Assembly: GCF_006345805.1 (NCBI RefSeq)
Contig: NC_043001.1
Coordinates: forward strand, 14,570,001 to 14,634,000
DNA from: Octopus sinensis
Taxonomy: Eukaryota
Direction: 5' to 3'
DNA: 64,000 nt
Shown piece after piece: positions 38,041 to 50,300 of the stretch (the stretch's first letter is position 1; every line of letters starts with the position of its first letter). A program made the position numbers and the translations under genes. The notes under the pieces were generated by a model. It made no database searches, was not told the origin of the DNA, and saw nothing but the letters and a program-made list of their open reading frames with translations.

Positions 38041-38215
38041 GTATACAGATTTGATATGTGCCAAAATCTTGTCCTTGTTACGTACAATCGTCAATACAGT
38101 TGTCTGACTCATTTCAAAAGATTGTGTAATTGCTACCACATTTTCACCTTTTTCATGGCGTTTTATCACAGCCAGTTTATGACACTTAGTACTTTCACTA
38201 TGAGTTTTCTTAGTA
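38041..38215 (-). pseudogene. Tigger/pogo (CENP-B N-terminal HTH) transposase remnant
   Basis: KLAVIKRHEKGENVVAITQSFEMSQTTVLTIVRNKDKILAHIKS resembles the pogo/Tigger N-terminal HTH. Confidence 0.65.
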
Positions 38216-38502
38216 GCTGTGGGGTCAAAAAATAAAGTCACAAATGAATGAGAAAGTAGCTGATAAACAGACACAAACAAATCTGCAAGAAATAGCAGCC
38301 AATTCAAAACAATTGTGTGAATCACGAGTTACAATGACGCCTAATGGTAGATACTGGAATAAAAGTGCAATATGAGCTCCGAAAGACCGATAAGACAACA
38401 CAGCTGATTTCAGGATTCCGTTCACTAAGCCAAACTAATCTATGGTATCTTAACATTTACTGTACATATTTTAATATGATCTTATATGCTTTTATCTGAT
38501 AA

Positions 38503-38896
38503 CTAGCAGTATCACCCGGTGTTGCTCGGGTTTGTTTCAACCCTTTAGAATTGGAATTTTGGAAAAGTAAAAATTTTGCATTATGTAGCTTGTTATTCTC
38601 TTTAAGTGAACACTTTTCTGGTTGAAATACACCGAAAAATGTCAACACAGCAGTCAAAATATCGTAAAAAAATAGAAATTTTCATAGAAGAAAAGCACCT
38701 TTTTGATGTAAATAACTTTTGGTGTTAACATGGTCCAATTTGAATTTTTTCTTCTACGGAAAGAAGAGCAAGCCTTCTTCTATCATACTCTCAATTTTGG
38801 TCAACTTGCACCGCAGGGTCTCGGAGGAGATAAGTGTTAGTTGAAGGCTACCAAACCTGCCATACAGAGAGAACTTCAGCTTTATATAGAGAGAGA
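38503..38896 (-). mobile_element. Non-autonomous Helitron, subfamily H1
   Basis: Same termini as 28923, different interior. Confidence 0.75.
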
Positions 38897-39148
38897 TTAT
38901 TGTATAGTAACATGATTCTATGTGCTTTTAACGGTTTTCTAGTGATTTTATGATTCCAATATTTGTGGTGGTCAGATGTAAAGTTGAGGGAAATTACTTC
39001 ACTTGATTTTTATTTTTTTCATATAATATTTTTGAAAACCTGACATATAATTGAGAAGGACTTATGTTGAAATGACTTAAGCCAAGGTATGCCTGTACTT
39101 GGCTGTGTTTTGTGTGAGCCTCACTGTGTCACCCACACTTACACAAAG

Positions 39149-39810
39149 AGGGAGGGAAGGAGAGAGAGACGGAGGGAGGGGAGAGGGAGGGAGGGAGGGA
39201 GGGAAGGAGAGACAGAGGGGGGAGTGAGGGAAGGAGAGAGACGGACAGAGGGAGTGAGGGAGAGACAGAGGGAGTGAGGGACGGAGGGAGTGAGGGAAGG
39301 AGAGACAGAGGGAGTGAGGGAAGGAGAGACAGAGGGAGTGAGGGAAGGAGAGACAGAGGGAGTGAGGGAAGGAGAGACAGAGGGAGTGAGGGAAGGAGAG
39401 ACAGAGGGAGTGAGGGAAGGAGAGACAGAGGGAGTGAGGGAAGGAGAGACAGAGGGAGTGAGGGACGGAGGGAGTGAGGGAAGGAGAGACAGAGGGAGTG
39501 AGGGAAGGAGAGACAGAGGGAGTGAGGGAAGGAGAGACAGAGGGAGTGAGGGAAGGAGAGACAGAGGGAGTGAGGGAAGGAGAGACAGAGGGAGTGAGGG
39601 AAGGGGAGACAGAGGGAGTGAGGGAAGGAGAGACAGAGGGAGTGAGGGAAGGGGAGACAGAGGGAGTGAGGGAAGGAGAGAGACAGAGGGAGTGAGGGAA
39701 GGAGAGAGACAGAGGGAGGGGAGGGGAGAGAGACAGAAGAAGGAATGGAAGGAGACAGAAGGGAAAAAGACAGAAGGAAATGAAAGAGGGAGGGAGGGGC
39801 GGGGCGGGAA
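39149..39810. repeat. Polypurine minisatellite, 24-bp unit AGAGACAGAGGGAGTGAGGGAAGG, about 18-20 copies
   Basis: Seen directly; source of the long ORFs at 39.1-40.0 kb. Confidence 0.92.
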
Positions 39811-40379
39811 GGAGACAGTGCAGCAAAAGATAGGTGAGAGACAGAGAAAGAAATAGATATACAGAGAGAGAGAGAGTAATAAAAAAAGCATACTAAGTGA
39901 CATGTCACAGTTAAAAGTGTTGTTGTTGTTGTTGTAGCAGTGGAAGTAATGGAGGCAGTAAGAAAATTATATTTATCAAAAAAACAAAAAAAAAACATTC
40001 TCTAGAAAACTAAATAAATAAGTTTGAAAATGGTAATACCATTATCAAATAGATTTTAATCCAGTGAATTTTGGAGAGGCACAGTGATGTGGCTGGCAGA
40101 AAGAAAATGGCCTGAAAACACATTAATCTTATCAAATTTTTCATCTGGGTGGAGTATTTTTCACATTCCTTTAACTTTTGACATTAGTAGATAATGAGAA
40201 GCGAGCATTATATAAAGTAATCAAACGGGTGCAGTAGACTAATACAGATTACAGACTACATTTACCCCGCATACATTAACAGGTGCCAAGATATGAATAT
40301 TAATATATTTATGTTAACCAGTTTGGTTAGGTGTTGAAGAAGCGAAAGAAATAAGGAAACTAATTCAATTGTTTTAAAT

Positions 40380-40650
40380 CAGTGGTTCCCAAACTTTATT
40401 GGGCTACCCGCCCCCTTGACACTCAGGCCACCCCTACCCCAAGTAACTATCACAAACAGACCTTTTTTTCTTAAGTAAATTCAAAACAACTGTATTTCAC
40501 AAATAAAACTTAACCAAATGAACCCGTTATTTTGTTTGTTTTTGCATGAATCACTGCCCCCGTTATTGCCCCACTTTTCTTCAATGCCTCCTTGGAACTT
40601 TCCACCACTCCCAGGGGGGGGGCAATATTGCTCTCTTTGGGAGCAATTCT
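40380..40650. mobile_element. hAT-Charlie-like MITE, degenerate right end
   Basis: Left terminus CAGTGGTTCCCAAAC; right end ctttgggagcaat only partly matches. Confidence 0.5.
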
Positions 40651-40666
40651 TCAATTTAATGTAAGA

Positions 40667-41085
40667 GCTACAAGCTACAGTAACACCCACCCTTAGTGGT
40701 TAGCCATATTGAGATGGCAAGTATACCTCACATTGTAATGCAGTTACTGTTTATATCTCGTTCAGAGATTTATTATTGCTTGCAGACAGTTTTTCGAGAT
40801 CAGTGACGAAAAGTTACTGGAAAAACGATATAAGGATTTGCATTGGGACCCCTTTCATCGAAAACCGGTGATTGTCGTATGCTGAAGACAGGTCAAAACC
40901 TAGAAACTGCAGTCCGTACGTATCACTTAGGTTGACGAGGGAAGGGTGACCTCCCTTTGCAAATACCATAAGGGCACAGAAAGTGTGCCTAAAGCCAGCT
41001 GGAGACGATGTTCTCCTGGGGCTACAAGCTACAGTAACACCCACCCTTAGTGGTTAGCCATATTGAGATGGCAAGTATACCTCAC
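40667..41085 (+). mobile_element. Retrozyme-like / Penelope-dependent non-autonomous element (1.18 x 354-nt unit)
   Basis: Identical 65-bp direct repeats at 40667-40731 and 41021-41085; TSD AATGTAAGA at 40658-40666 and 41086-41094; central hammerhead; no recognisable ORF. Confidence 0.7.
40876..40920 (+). ncRNA. Minimal type I hammerhead ribozyme motif
   Basis: cgtatg-CTGAAGA-c AGGT caaa ACCT a-GAAA-c TGCA g-TC^-cgtacg. Stem I 6 bp (one G-U), stem II 4 bp with C.A at its base, short stem III with palindromic TGCA loop. Predicted cut after C40914. Confidence 0.75.
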
Positions 41086-41532
41086 AATGTAAGATTGTTT
41101 TCATTATAATTTGAAAACAAACGTTAAGGTGTGTCCCAATGACTTGGTGGTTTGGCAAAAGAGACTAACAGAATAGGTACCAGATTTGTTTTAAAAAAAT
41201 TAGTACTGGGGTCAATTTGCTTAACAAATGTAGTGGATGCTTTTTACATGACACCAAAGTGTCTGTGGGGGGGGTGCATCTTCTTGTCTTGATATCAAGT
41301 GTTAGTTGTAAACGTGTACCATTCATTTGTCTGGCCATGTGGAATTATTATCTTGAGATAAAAAAAAACAAGGGTTGGCGAGAATAAGGGCATTTGGCTA
41401 CTGAAAATCTGCCTCAAGGGATTCAGTTTGATCCATGCAAGCATGGAAAAGTAGGTACTGAGATGCAGATGATGATAAAGAATTCTTTGTAAAAGCAGCA
41501 AAATTTGGAAAAAAAAAAAAAAAAAGTAAATA

Positions 41533-41630
41533 GCATGGCATCTTGGGCAAGTGTCTTCTGCTATAGCCCCGGGCCGACCAATGCCTTGTGAGTGGATTTG
41601 GTAGACAGAAACTCAAAGAAGCCCGTCGTA

Positions 41631-41715
<85 letters not shown>

Positions 41716-41925
41716 GGTGTGTGTATGTTTGTGTGTCTGTGTTTGTACCCCTAGCATTGCTTGACAACAGATGCTGGTGTGTTTACGTCCCCGTCACTTA
41801 GCGGTTCGGCAAAAGAGACCGATAAAATAAGTACTGGGCTTACAAAGAATAAGTCCCGGGGTCGATTTGCTCGACTAAAGGCGGTGCTCCAGCATGGCCG
41901 CAGTCAAATGACTGAAACAAGTAAA
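41533..41925 (+). mobile_element. SINE family A, 5' truncated
   Basis: Homology to 899-1308. Confidence 0.8.
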
Positions 41926-43358
41926 AAAAAAAAAACACAAATAAAAAAAACTAGGAGTGAAAATACAAACAGAAACCCTTTAAAATAGGAAAATAAGGCT
42001 AGACTTCAATTTACAGCTGATAAAATCATGAAGCATGAGCCACAGAGTGGACACGAAAATAGTCCCTCAGCCTGCAAGAAATAGCAGCCAAATTCTCTTT
42101 AAATCAACCCTACTATCTTAAAAAAAAAAGCTGAGAAAAATGACATATCGTTAAAAGTAGTTTAGAAGAAAGAAGAGACCGTTTCAGCTGGAATATCTGA
42201 TCTTGGGTTTGCTCCTTTAGGGTTCACCTCGGACTAAACAAATTAATGAACCACAGCAATTCAAAACTAATTTTATTGCATGTATAATTAAGTTTTTCCT
42301 TCATATTCAAAGGTGACATCCCACTACAGGTTTCTGAAAGATTAATTAGTTTGGCCCACAGTCAAACAAACTTCGGAATTTAAACAAATTTCCTGATTAA
42401 AATAAAATAAAAATAGGTAACGTTAAATGTGTTTATTGTTATGAAAACATGTTTTCTAGCACAACAATGTCGCCAGGTTGCTACAAGTGCCAAAGGACCA
42501 AATTAACCTCGTTTCTTAATTGGAAGTATGCCATCTAATAAAATACTTAAGTAGCTTGACTAGCCAAGAGTAAGGATCAGGAAGCCAGTCGCATAGAAAC
42601 CTCTTTGCCTGTAACAATAATCTATACTGCTGAATTAACTGTGTGGGTGAGGTTTGTTTCCTCATAAACGACATACTTTTATTTTATTACACATGCTTAA
42701 GTGCACGTGTCTGTCGTTGGTTGTGGTTAAAAAAGCTTGCTTTCGGACCATGTGGTCTCGGGTTCAGTCCCACTGCACAGTAATTTAGCTGAGTGTTTTT
42801 TACTATAGCACTGTACCAACCAAAGTCCCTGTTGTGAGTGGATTCGATAGATAAAAACTGAAAGAAGCCTACCATGTGTGTGTCTGTGTGTGTGCAAGTG
42901 TGTGAGTGAGTGTGTGCGTGCGTGTGGGTGTACGTGCATATGGGTGTGTGTGCTTGCTTATGACATCAGGTGTCACATGATGATTGTAAACAAGCATCAC
43001 CTCCATACAAGCAACGTTGTTCCTTACAGGGAAATATGACCTTGCCTGGAAACAGGTGAGGGTTAGCAACAGGAAGGGCATCCAGCCATAAAAAAATATC
43101 CGTCTCAACAAATTCCACGTCGTTCATGCAAATATGGAAACATGGATATTAAATGATGATGTGTGCATGTGGAAAAGATGGGTTGGCCCTTAAATGTTAC
43201 AATCAACTTTGACACAAAGGTATTTTACAACATACTTTCATTTTAATTGCTTTTCCTAGTGTAGTGTAGAGTCACATAGGTGACTGTGAAGAAGTGGTAA
43301 TTTGAGAATCGTAATGTGTATGAAAGCAGTAGGTGTGTACTAATGTTGACACTGTTAC

Positions 43359-44059
43359 TTAACCCATAAACAGCTGAGATTTGCACTTACATAGCATGGA
43401 CCACTGAGCGCATTTTATGAACATGAGACTACCATGCACACGTAAAAAACAAAAAATAGTTAAAATGTGTTCTTAGGCGCAGGAGTGGCTGTGTGATAAG
43501 TAGCTTGCTAACCAGCCACATGGTTCCGGGTTCAGTCCCACTGCGTGGCATCTTGGGCAAGTGTCTTCTACTATAGCCCCGGGCCGACCAATGCCTTGTG
43601 AGTAGATTTGGTAGACGGAAACTGAAAGAAGCCTGTCGTATATATGTATAAATATGTATATGTATGTGTTTGTGTGTCTGTGTTTGTACCCCTAGCATTG
43701 CTTGACAACCGATGCTGGTGTGTTTACGTCCCCGTCACTTAGCGGTTCGGCAAAAGAGACCGATAGAATAAGTACTGGGCTTACAAAGAATAAGTCCTGG
43801 GGTCGATTTGCTCGACTAAAGGCAGTGCTCCAGCATGGCCGCAGTCAAATGGCTGAAACAAGTAAAAGAGTAAAAGAGTATATAATGGTGGCAAATTTTA
43901 CATCTGAAAAGTTATTAGTTGACCTATTAGTCCTCTTGCATTCTGAGAGGTATCAGAGCGTATACCCTTAAATTAAATGCATCTATCTGGGCCAAGATTG
44001 TGGCCTGTCAATCTGTGCTTGACAGCCACGATCATGGCCTGTCACGCTTTAAGTGTTAA
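43359..44059. mobile_element. TTAA MITE P3 carrying a family-A SINE
   Basis: TTAACCCATAAA left end; interior homologous to 1-272. Confidence 0.65.
43476..43878 (+). mobile_element. SINE family A inserted in MITE P3
   Basis: Empty-site paralog at about 70-80. Confidence 0.88.
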
Positions 44060-44923
44060 AGAAAAAACTTGGATTTATCAACTGAAAGAATCTACTTGTT
44101 GGTCAATCCTTGAGATTTTGATAGCTACCCCACCTGTATATGATTTTTTCATTCAAATCAGAAGCATGTTCGTTTCGTGCACTGTAAAACTGTTGTGGGA
44201 TGGGTCACAACAAGGTCGAATATACAAAGCAGCACCTTTAGAGATGGAACTTCTAGAGTCCTCAATGACACTAGAATGACACTTTTGCATTTACAAAATG
44301 TTCTGGAGCTCAAAGTTGAGCTCCGTTCATTTCAGTGTTTTTGTGTAATTTCAGATCAACTGGGATTCTTTCAAGTTCACAAATTGTCCAAAAGCAGAAG
44401 ATCGTTGACTGCAGCAGACACTGAATGGTAAGAAACAGTTAGGAAGTTTATAAATCCATGACGAGACACTTCTCAGTCTCTGAAATAAAACTTCTCTTCA
44501 ACAGTTAATCCCTGGGCTGTCTGTACCAGATACGTTTTTTTAAAATCACATCCAGACATTACCAACAATAGCAACCACTGAGAACTTAAGCAATCATTTG
44601 AAAAGAAACAAAACAAAGACTAGCAAACATGCTTTTGACACATTAATGGATGCCATACAAAACAGCCACCCACATCCAAGTATTTTATTTACTAATGGTC
44701 CTGGCAAATCTAGAAAAAGCTATTTTAATCTAAGACTTGAAGTATGTGGAACAACCAGTTGTCATTGTAGCATATACAGGACTGGTTACATTGTTCTGTA
44801 GCTCCTTCAACTTTCCAGCTTCCACAATTTGCATAGAATGGAATTATATTGGCAGTATTGATATTAACAGCAAAGTGAGATAAATGCTAAGGTATACATA
44901 TGAAGCCCTAGCCCCCACTTCAG

Positions 44924-45168
44924 GGTTGGCGAAAGCGATGTGGTGGACAACGAAAAACCTGGCTGATGATAACAGTAAAGGCTGATCTAGAACCCAACCT
45001 AGGCCCCCATATCTATGGCATTCGCCGCTGGAATAAGGAGTGGTTGGAGATCACGCGGTTGTTAGCCTCAAATCGCCAGGTCTGGTTGGCGTTTGTGAGA
45101 GATGCAGCATTGAGGATGAATGAAGCCAGCTCAACCAACCCTGGGTGAATGCTGTCTCAAGACAAGAA
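44924..45168 (+). mobile_element. Third RTE-type LINE 3' end
   Basis: GWRKRCGGQRKTWLMITVKADLEP...NRQVWLAFVRDA...SSTNPG* followed by a caagacaaga tail. Confidence 0.65.
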
Positions 45169-45353
45169 GATGAAGATACATATAAAGTGGTTGGTTGCAC
45201 ATTTCATGATCTTTAGTAAAACAAAATGACAGGAGGTGATTTTGACAAACATTTCCAATCTAAAAGAAAGCTGAAATAGCTTCTGTACTCGTACAGAATT
45301 AGGATTCATTCCTTGTTTTAGAAGAAAGTGACAGAATTGAAATTTATCATAAA

Positions 45354-45741
45354 CTAGCAGTATCGCCCGGCGTTGCTCGGATTAGTTTCGATGCTTTAGA
45401 ATTGGAATTTTTGAAAAGTAAAAATTTTGTATTATGTAGCTTGTTATTCTCTTTAAGTGAATATTTTTTTGGTTGAAATACACCGAAAAATGGCAACACA
45501 GCAGTAAAAAAAAATCGTAAAAATTAGGGATTTTCATAGAAAAAAAAAAGCACCTTTTTGATGTAAATAATTTTTGGTGTTAACATGGTCCGATTTGAAT
45601 TTTTTCTTCTACAGAAGGAAGAGCAAGCCTTCTATCATACTCTCAATTTTGGTCAACTTGCACCGCAGGGTCTCGGAGGAGATAGTATTAGTTGAAGGCT
45701 ACTAAACCTGCCATACACAGACAACTTCAGCTTTATATAGA
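45354..45741 (-). mobile_element. Non-autonomous Helitron, subfamily H1
   Basis: A|TCTATATAAAGCTGAAG...CCGAGCAACGCCGGGCGATACTGCTAG|T. Confidence 0.8.
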
Positions 45742-46324
45742 TAAAGAGAGATAAACAACTGCAAACCCTGTAATAATGTGAGTAGGCTTTTAAAAAAACA
45801 AAAGGCTTCTGAATAGCCTTGAGGTTGTATAGAATAGATGTGTATTGATATATCAATTTTTAGCAGCATATTAGATCTTACAAATTCCACAGACTAAGCA
45901 ATACTAAAAATATTGATGATGTAATTGAGTCTACAAATTAAGAAATTAACATATTTTATGAAGAATCAGTCTTTTACAAAAAAGTATTGATTCCTGCAAT
46001 AATGAAGGCAATCTCTACAATACAATTATAAAATAAGTTCCTAAACAACAGTAACAGTGTTAAAATGTCCCTCCATACTTTAACCTTGAAAAAGGAGTTT
46101 GTTGTAATATTAAAGGGAAATTTCAATAGGGATCATGTCATTTGCAGTTTTGTAAGAAAACAGGAATTTGAAGAAGCTCTTTATATGGATGCAAGTGTAA
46201 GACCAACATTGTTACCTAATGTGGACATTATGGAGAACATGCCATGGTGCCAAGAATTCAACAGACCTCTAACATTCATGCTTATAGGATTATGTTTTCC
46301 TGTAAAATAGAGGCAGTCAGTAAA

Positions 46325-46630
46325 TCACTATCATCGCCGGTGGCACGTAAAAAGCACCATCCTATCATGGCCGTTGCCAGCCTCGCCTGGCCCCTGTGCT
46401 GGTGGCATGTAAAAAGCACCATCCAACCGTGGCCGTTTGCCAGCCCCATCTGGCACGTAAAAAGCACCCACTACACTCATGGAGTGGTTGGCGTTAGGAA
46501 GGGCATCCAGCCATAGAAACATTGCCAGATCAGACTGGGCCTGGTGCAGCCTTCTGGCTTCCCAGACCCCAGTTGAACCGTCCAACCCATGCTAGCATGG
46601 AAAGCGGACGCTAAATGATGATGATGATGA
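46325..46630 (+). mobile_element. RTE 3' tail fragment
   Basis: UTR repeats plus ...cggacgctaaatgatgatgatgatgat. Confidence 0.75.
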
Positions 46631-48194
46631 TCCAATGCTTGACAACCGATGCTGGTGTGTTTACATCCCCGTAACTTAGCGGTTCGGCAAAAGAGACCGA
46701 TAGAATAAGTACTAGGCTTACAAAGAATAAGTCCTGGGGTCAACTTGCTCGACTAAAGGCGGTGCCCCAGCATGGTCACAGTCAAATGACTGAAATAAGT
46801 AAAAGAATAATAGAATAAGACAAAAAACAAACTACTGGGGGTTTGCCAAAACATTTCAAGGTGGTGCCCCAGCATGGTCGCAGTCTAACAACTGAAACAA
46901 GTAAAAGAAGATAGTATCTAAGGAATGTAAAGAAGACTCACACTATTATCTGTTTACCAATCTTCCTAACCTGCTGGACAACATTTCTTCAATACATGGT
47001 AGTAAAAGAAAATAAGCTATTGCTGTGAATCAGACCAAATAGCTGTCTCTTTCATAAATTCCTCCATTCACCGAAGTAGTAATTATACTTGTCAGACAAT
47101 AATTAGAATAATTGCCCTGTTTGGTCATGTTCCAAAATTCGGCCTTCTTATAAATTGCTCAAATGCTAAACATACGATTAAGAAACTCGTTTCTGTTTCA
47201 CAACGCAGCACCGTGGTCGGAATTGATTTTGTTGAAAGATGTTGCTTTTTATGGTTAGATGATCTTTTTGCATTTAAAAATACTTTCAGAAATCAGAATA
47301 ACACCTTCTATTTTGATATCACACTGTGATCCAGTTGTTTTGTTTGTTTTTTTTTCTACAGGTGGTGCTCTAGCATGGCCACAGTCAAATGACTAAAACA
47401 AGTAAAAGAGTAAAAAGAGTATATATATATATATATATATATAAATTACACTTTCCATGCTGGCATGGGTTGGATGGTTTGACTGAAAGGTGGTAAGCCA
47501 GGGAGCTGCACCAGGTTCCAATCTGATATTGCATGGTTTCTATGACTGGATGCCCTTCCTAATGCCAACCACTCCTTGAGTGTAAATTGGTGCTTTTTAT
47601 ATGCCACCAGATGACAGTTTCTGCCTACCAAAGTCACTCACAAGGCTTTGGTCAGCCTGAGGCTACAGTAGAAGACAGTTGCCCAAGGAACTATGCAGAG
47701 GGGCTGAACCTAGAAGCAAGCTTCATACCACAATTCAGGTTTATTTAGATTAAAAAAAAAAAAGGGCTTAAAAAAGGTGCAAAATCCTGATATAAAGAAA
47801 CCTTTCATTCATGGCACCTAATGGCAATTCCACAGAAAACTAGTAAAAATTATTAACATCAAACCAGATCAATTTCTGGATAATGCTAATTAATAGTAAC
47901 ATGGTGAATAATTACTGTGAGTCTGTGAGTAAATTATATAAAGGTATCAAATAAAATAAAACTTGGAAATTTTTATTTTTTGTTCTTCGATTATGGTTTG
48001 GCATAAATGAAATTGGTTATGTTGCAGCAGCAACTGTTTTCACAGCTAAATGATCTTTCTACATTTAAGGGATAAAATAAATTACAAAAGCATCACCTTG
48101 TATTTGGCATGACAACTGATAGCAAGTGTTATTGAAAAACCATTTAAAGAAAATTTTCTAAATATTTTTCCATAAAAAGTATAATAAAATATGC

Positions 48195-48490
48195 AGTTTT
48201 AAAGTTCCTCTTCAAAAAATGTTAAATTAACTGGATTTGACAAAATTTAAAGTTCTCTTTAAAAATACTAAATTAACTGGATTTGACAAAATTTAAAGTT
48301 CCTCTTTAAAAAATGTTTAAAATGTTATAGGCGCAGGAGTGGCTGTGTGGTAAGTAGCTTGTTTACCAACCACATGGTTCCGGGTTCAGTCCCACTGCAT
48401 GGCACCTTGGGCAAGTGTCTTCTACTATAGCCTCGGGCCAACCCAAGCCTTGTGAGTGGATTTGGTAGACGGAAACTGAAAGAAGCCTGT

Positions 48491-48526
<36 letters not shown>

Positions 48527-48785
48527 CGTCTGTGTTTGTACCCCTAGCATTGCTTGACAACCGATGCTGGTGTGTTTATGTCCCCGTTACTTAGCGGTTC
48601 GGCAAAAGAGACCGATAGAATAAGTACTGGGCTTACAAAGAATAAGTCCCGGGGTCGAGTTGCTCGACTAAAGGTGGTGCTCCAGCATGGCCGCAGTCAA
48701 CTGACTGAAACAAGTAAAAGAGTAACTGGATTTGACAAAATTTAAAGTTCTGTTTAAAAATACTCAATTAACTGGATTTGACAAA
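48195..48785. repeat. Local ~46-bp minisatellite (aattaactggatttgacaaaatttaaagttc...) interrupted by a SINE
   Basis: Units at about 48227, 48273, 48724, 48768. Confidence 0.75.
48330..48723 (+). mobile_element. SINE family A inside a local minisatellite
   Basis: Homology to 899-1308. Confidence 0.85.
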
Positions 48786-48956
48786 GAGTAATCAAAATCC
48801 CTATAATTTTTTTTCAGTTGGAAGCTTTGAATATCAATTTAATTTTAAGTATACAAACTTGTCTAAATTAATGAAACCAAATTTGAATCTACATCACAAT
48901 ATTTGCACTCAGCTCTTTTACTCTTTTATTTGTTTCAGTTATTTGACTGTGGCCAT

Positions 48957-49185
48957 GTAAAAAGTACTATTCAAACATGATCGATGCCAGGCCTGCCAGA
49001 CTGGCTCCTGTGCTAGTGGCATGTAAAAAGCACCCACTACACACTCGGAGTGGTTGGCATTAGGAAGGGCATCCAGCTGTAGAAACATTGCCAGATCAGA
49101 CTGGGCCTGGTGCAGCCTTCTGGCTTCCCAGACCCCGGTCGAACCATCCAACCCATGCTAGCATGGAAAGCAGTCGTTAAACGAT
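48957..49185 (+). mobile_element. RTE 3' tail fragment
   Basis: Homologous to 21060-21260. Confidence 0.7.
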
Positions 49186-49194
49186 GGTTCCGGG

Positions 49195-50300
49195 TTCGGT
49201 CATACAGCATGGCACACTAGGCAAGTGTCTTCTATTATAGCCTTGAGCTGACCAAAGCCTTGAGTTAATGTGATAGAAGGAAACTGAAAGAAGCCTGTCA
49301 GGTATGTATATGCATACGTGTATGTGTGTGTGTGTGTGCATGTATGTCCAACCACTGCTTGATAACCGGTGTTAGTGTGTTTACGTCCCTGTAATTTAGT
49401 GGCTCGGCTAAAGAGACTAGTAGAATAAATACCAGGCTTTTGAAAAAAAAGTCCTGGGGGGGTCAATTTGTGAGACTAAAATTCTTTTATGGCAGTGCCC
49501 CAGCATGGCCACAGTCAAATGACAAACAAGCAAAAGACAAAACTAAAAGATACATACTGGCCTAGAACACTCCAATACCTAACAGATTTCTAGTTCTTTT
49601 CATCAAAATAGAACACAGAATAATACATTACACAGAGATTATAGTCATATATCTACACTTTTACTTGTTTCAGTCATTCGACTGTGGCCATGCTAGAGCA
49701 CTACTTTTAGCCAAGCAAATCAATCCGGGACTTATTCTTTGTAAGCCTAGTACTTATTCTATCAGTCTCTTTTGCCGAACCACTAAGCGACGAGGACGTA
49801 AACACACCAGCATTGGTTGTCAAGTGATGTGTGTGTGTGTGGGGGGAGACAAACACAGACACAGAGACATATTCTTATTTTATTGCCCACAAGGGGCTAA
49901 ACATAGAGGGGACAAACAAGGACAGACAAAGGGATTAAGTCGATTACATCGACCCTAGTGCGTAACTGGTACTTAATTTATCAACCAGAAAGGATGAAAG
50001 GCAAAGTCGACCTCAGCGGAATTTGAACTCATAATGTAGCGGCAGACGAAATACCACTAAGCATTTCATCTGCTGTGCTAACGATTCTGCCAGCTCGCCA
50101 CCTTAATACAAGACACACAAACATATACATATATACAACAGGCTTCTTTCAGTTTCAGTCTACCAAATCCACTCACAAGGCTTTGGTCAGCCCGAGATTA
50201 TAGTAGAAGACACTTGCCCAAGGTGCCACGCAGTAGGACTGAACCAGGAACCATGCGGTTCATAAGCAAGCTACTTACCACACAGCCACTCCTTCGCCTA
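49195..50300 (-). mobile_element. Two family-A copies (49195-49545 degenerate; 49655-50300 split by family B at 49872-50104)
   Basis: Arm homologies on the minus strand. Confidence 0.7.

Noticed and set aside
39077-39998. Long ORFs (188-289 aa) on both strands
   Set aside because: Translations of the 24-bp minisatellite.
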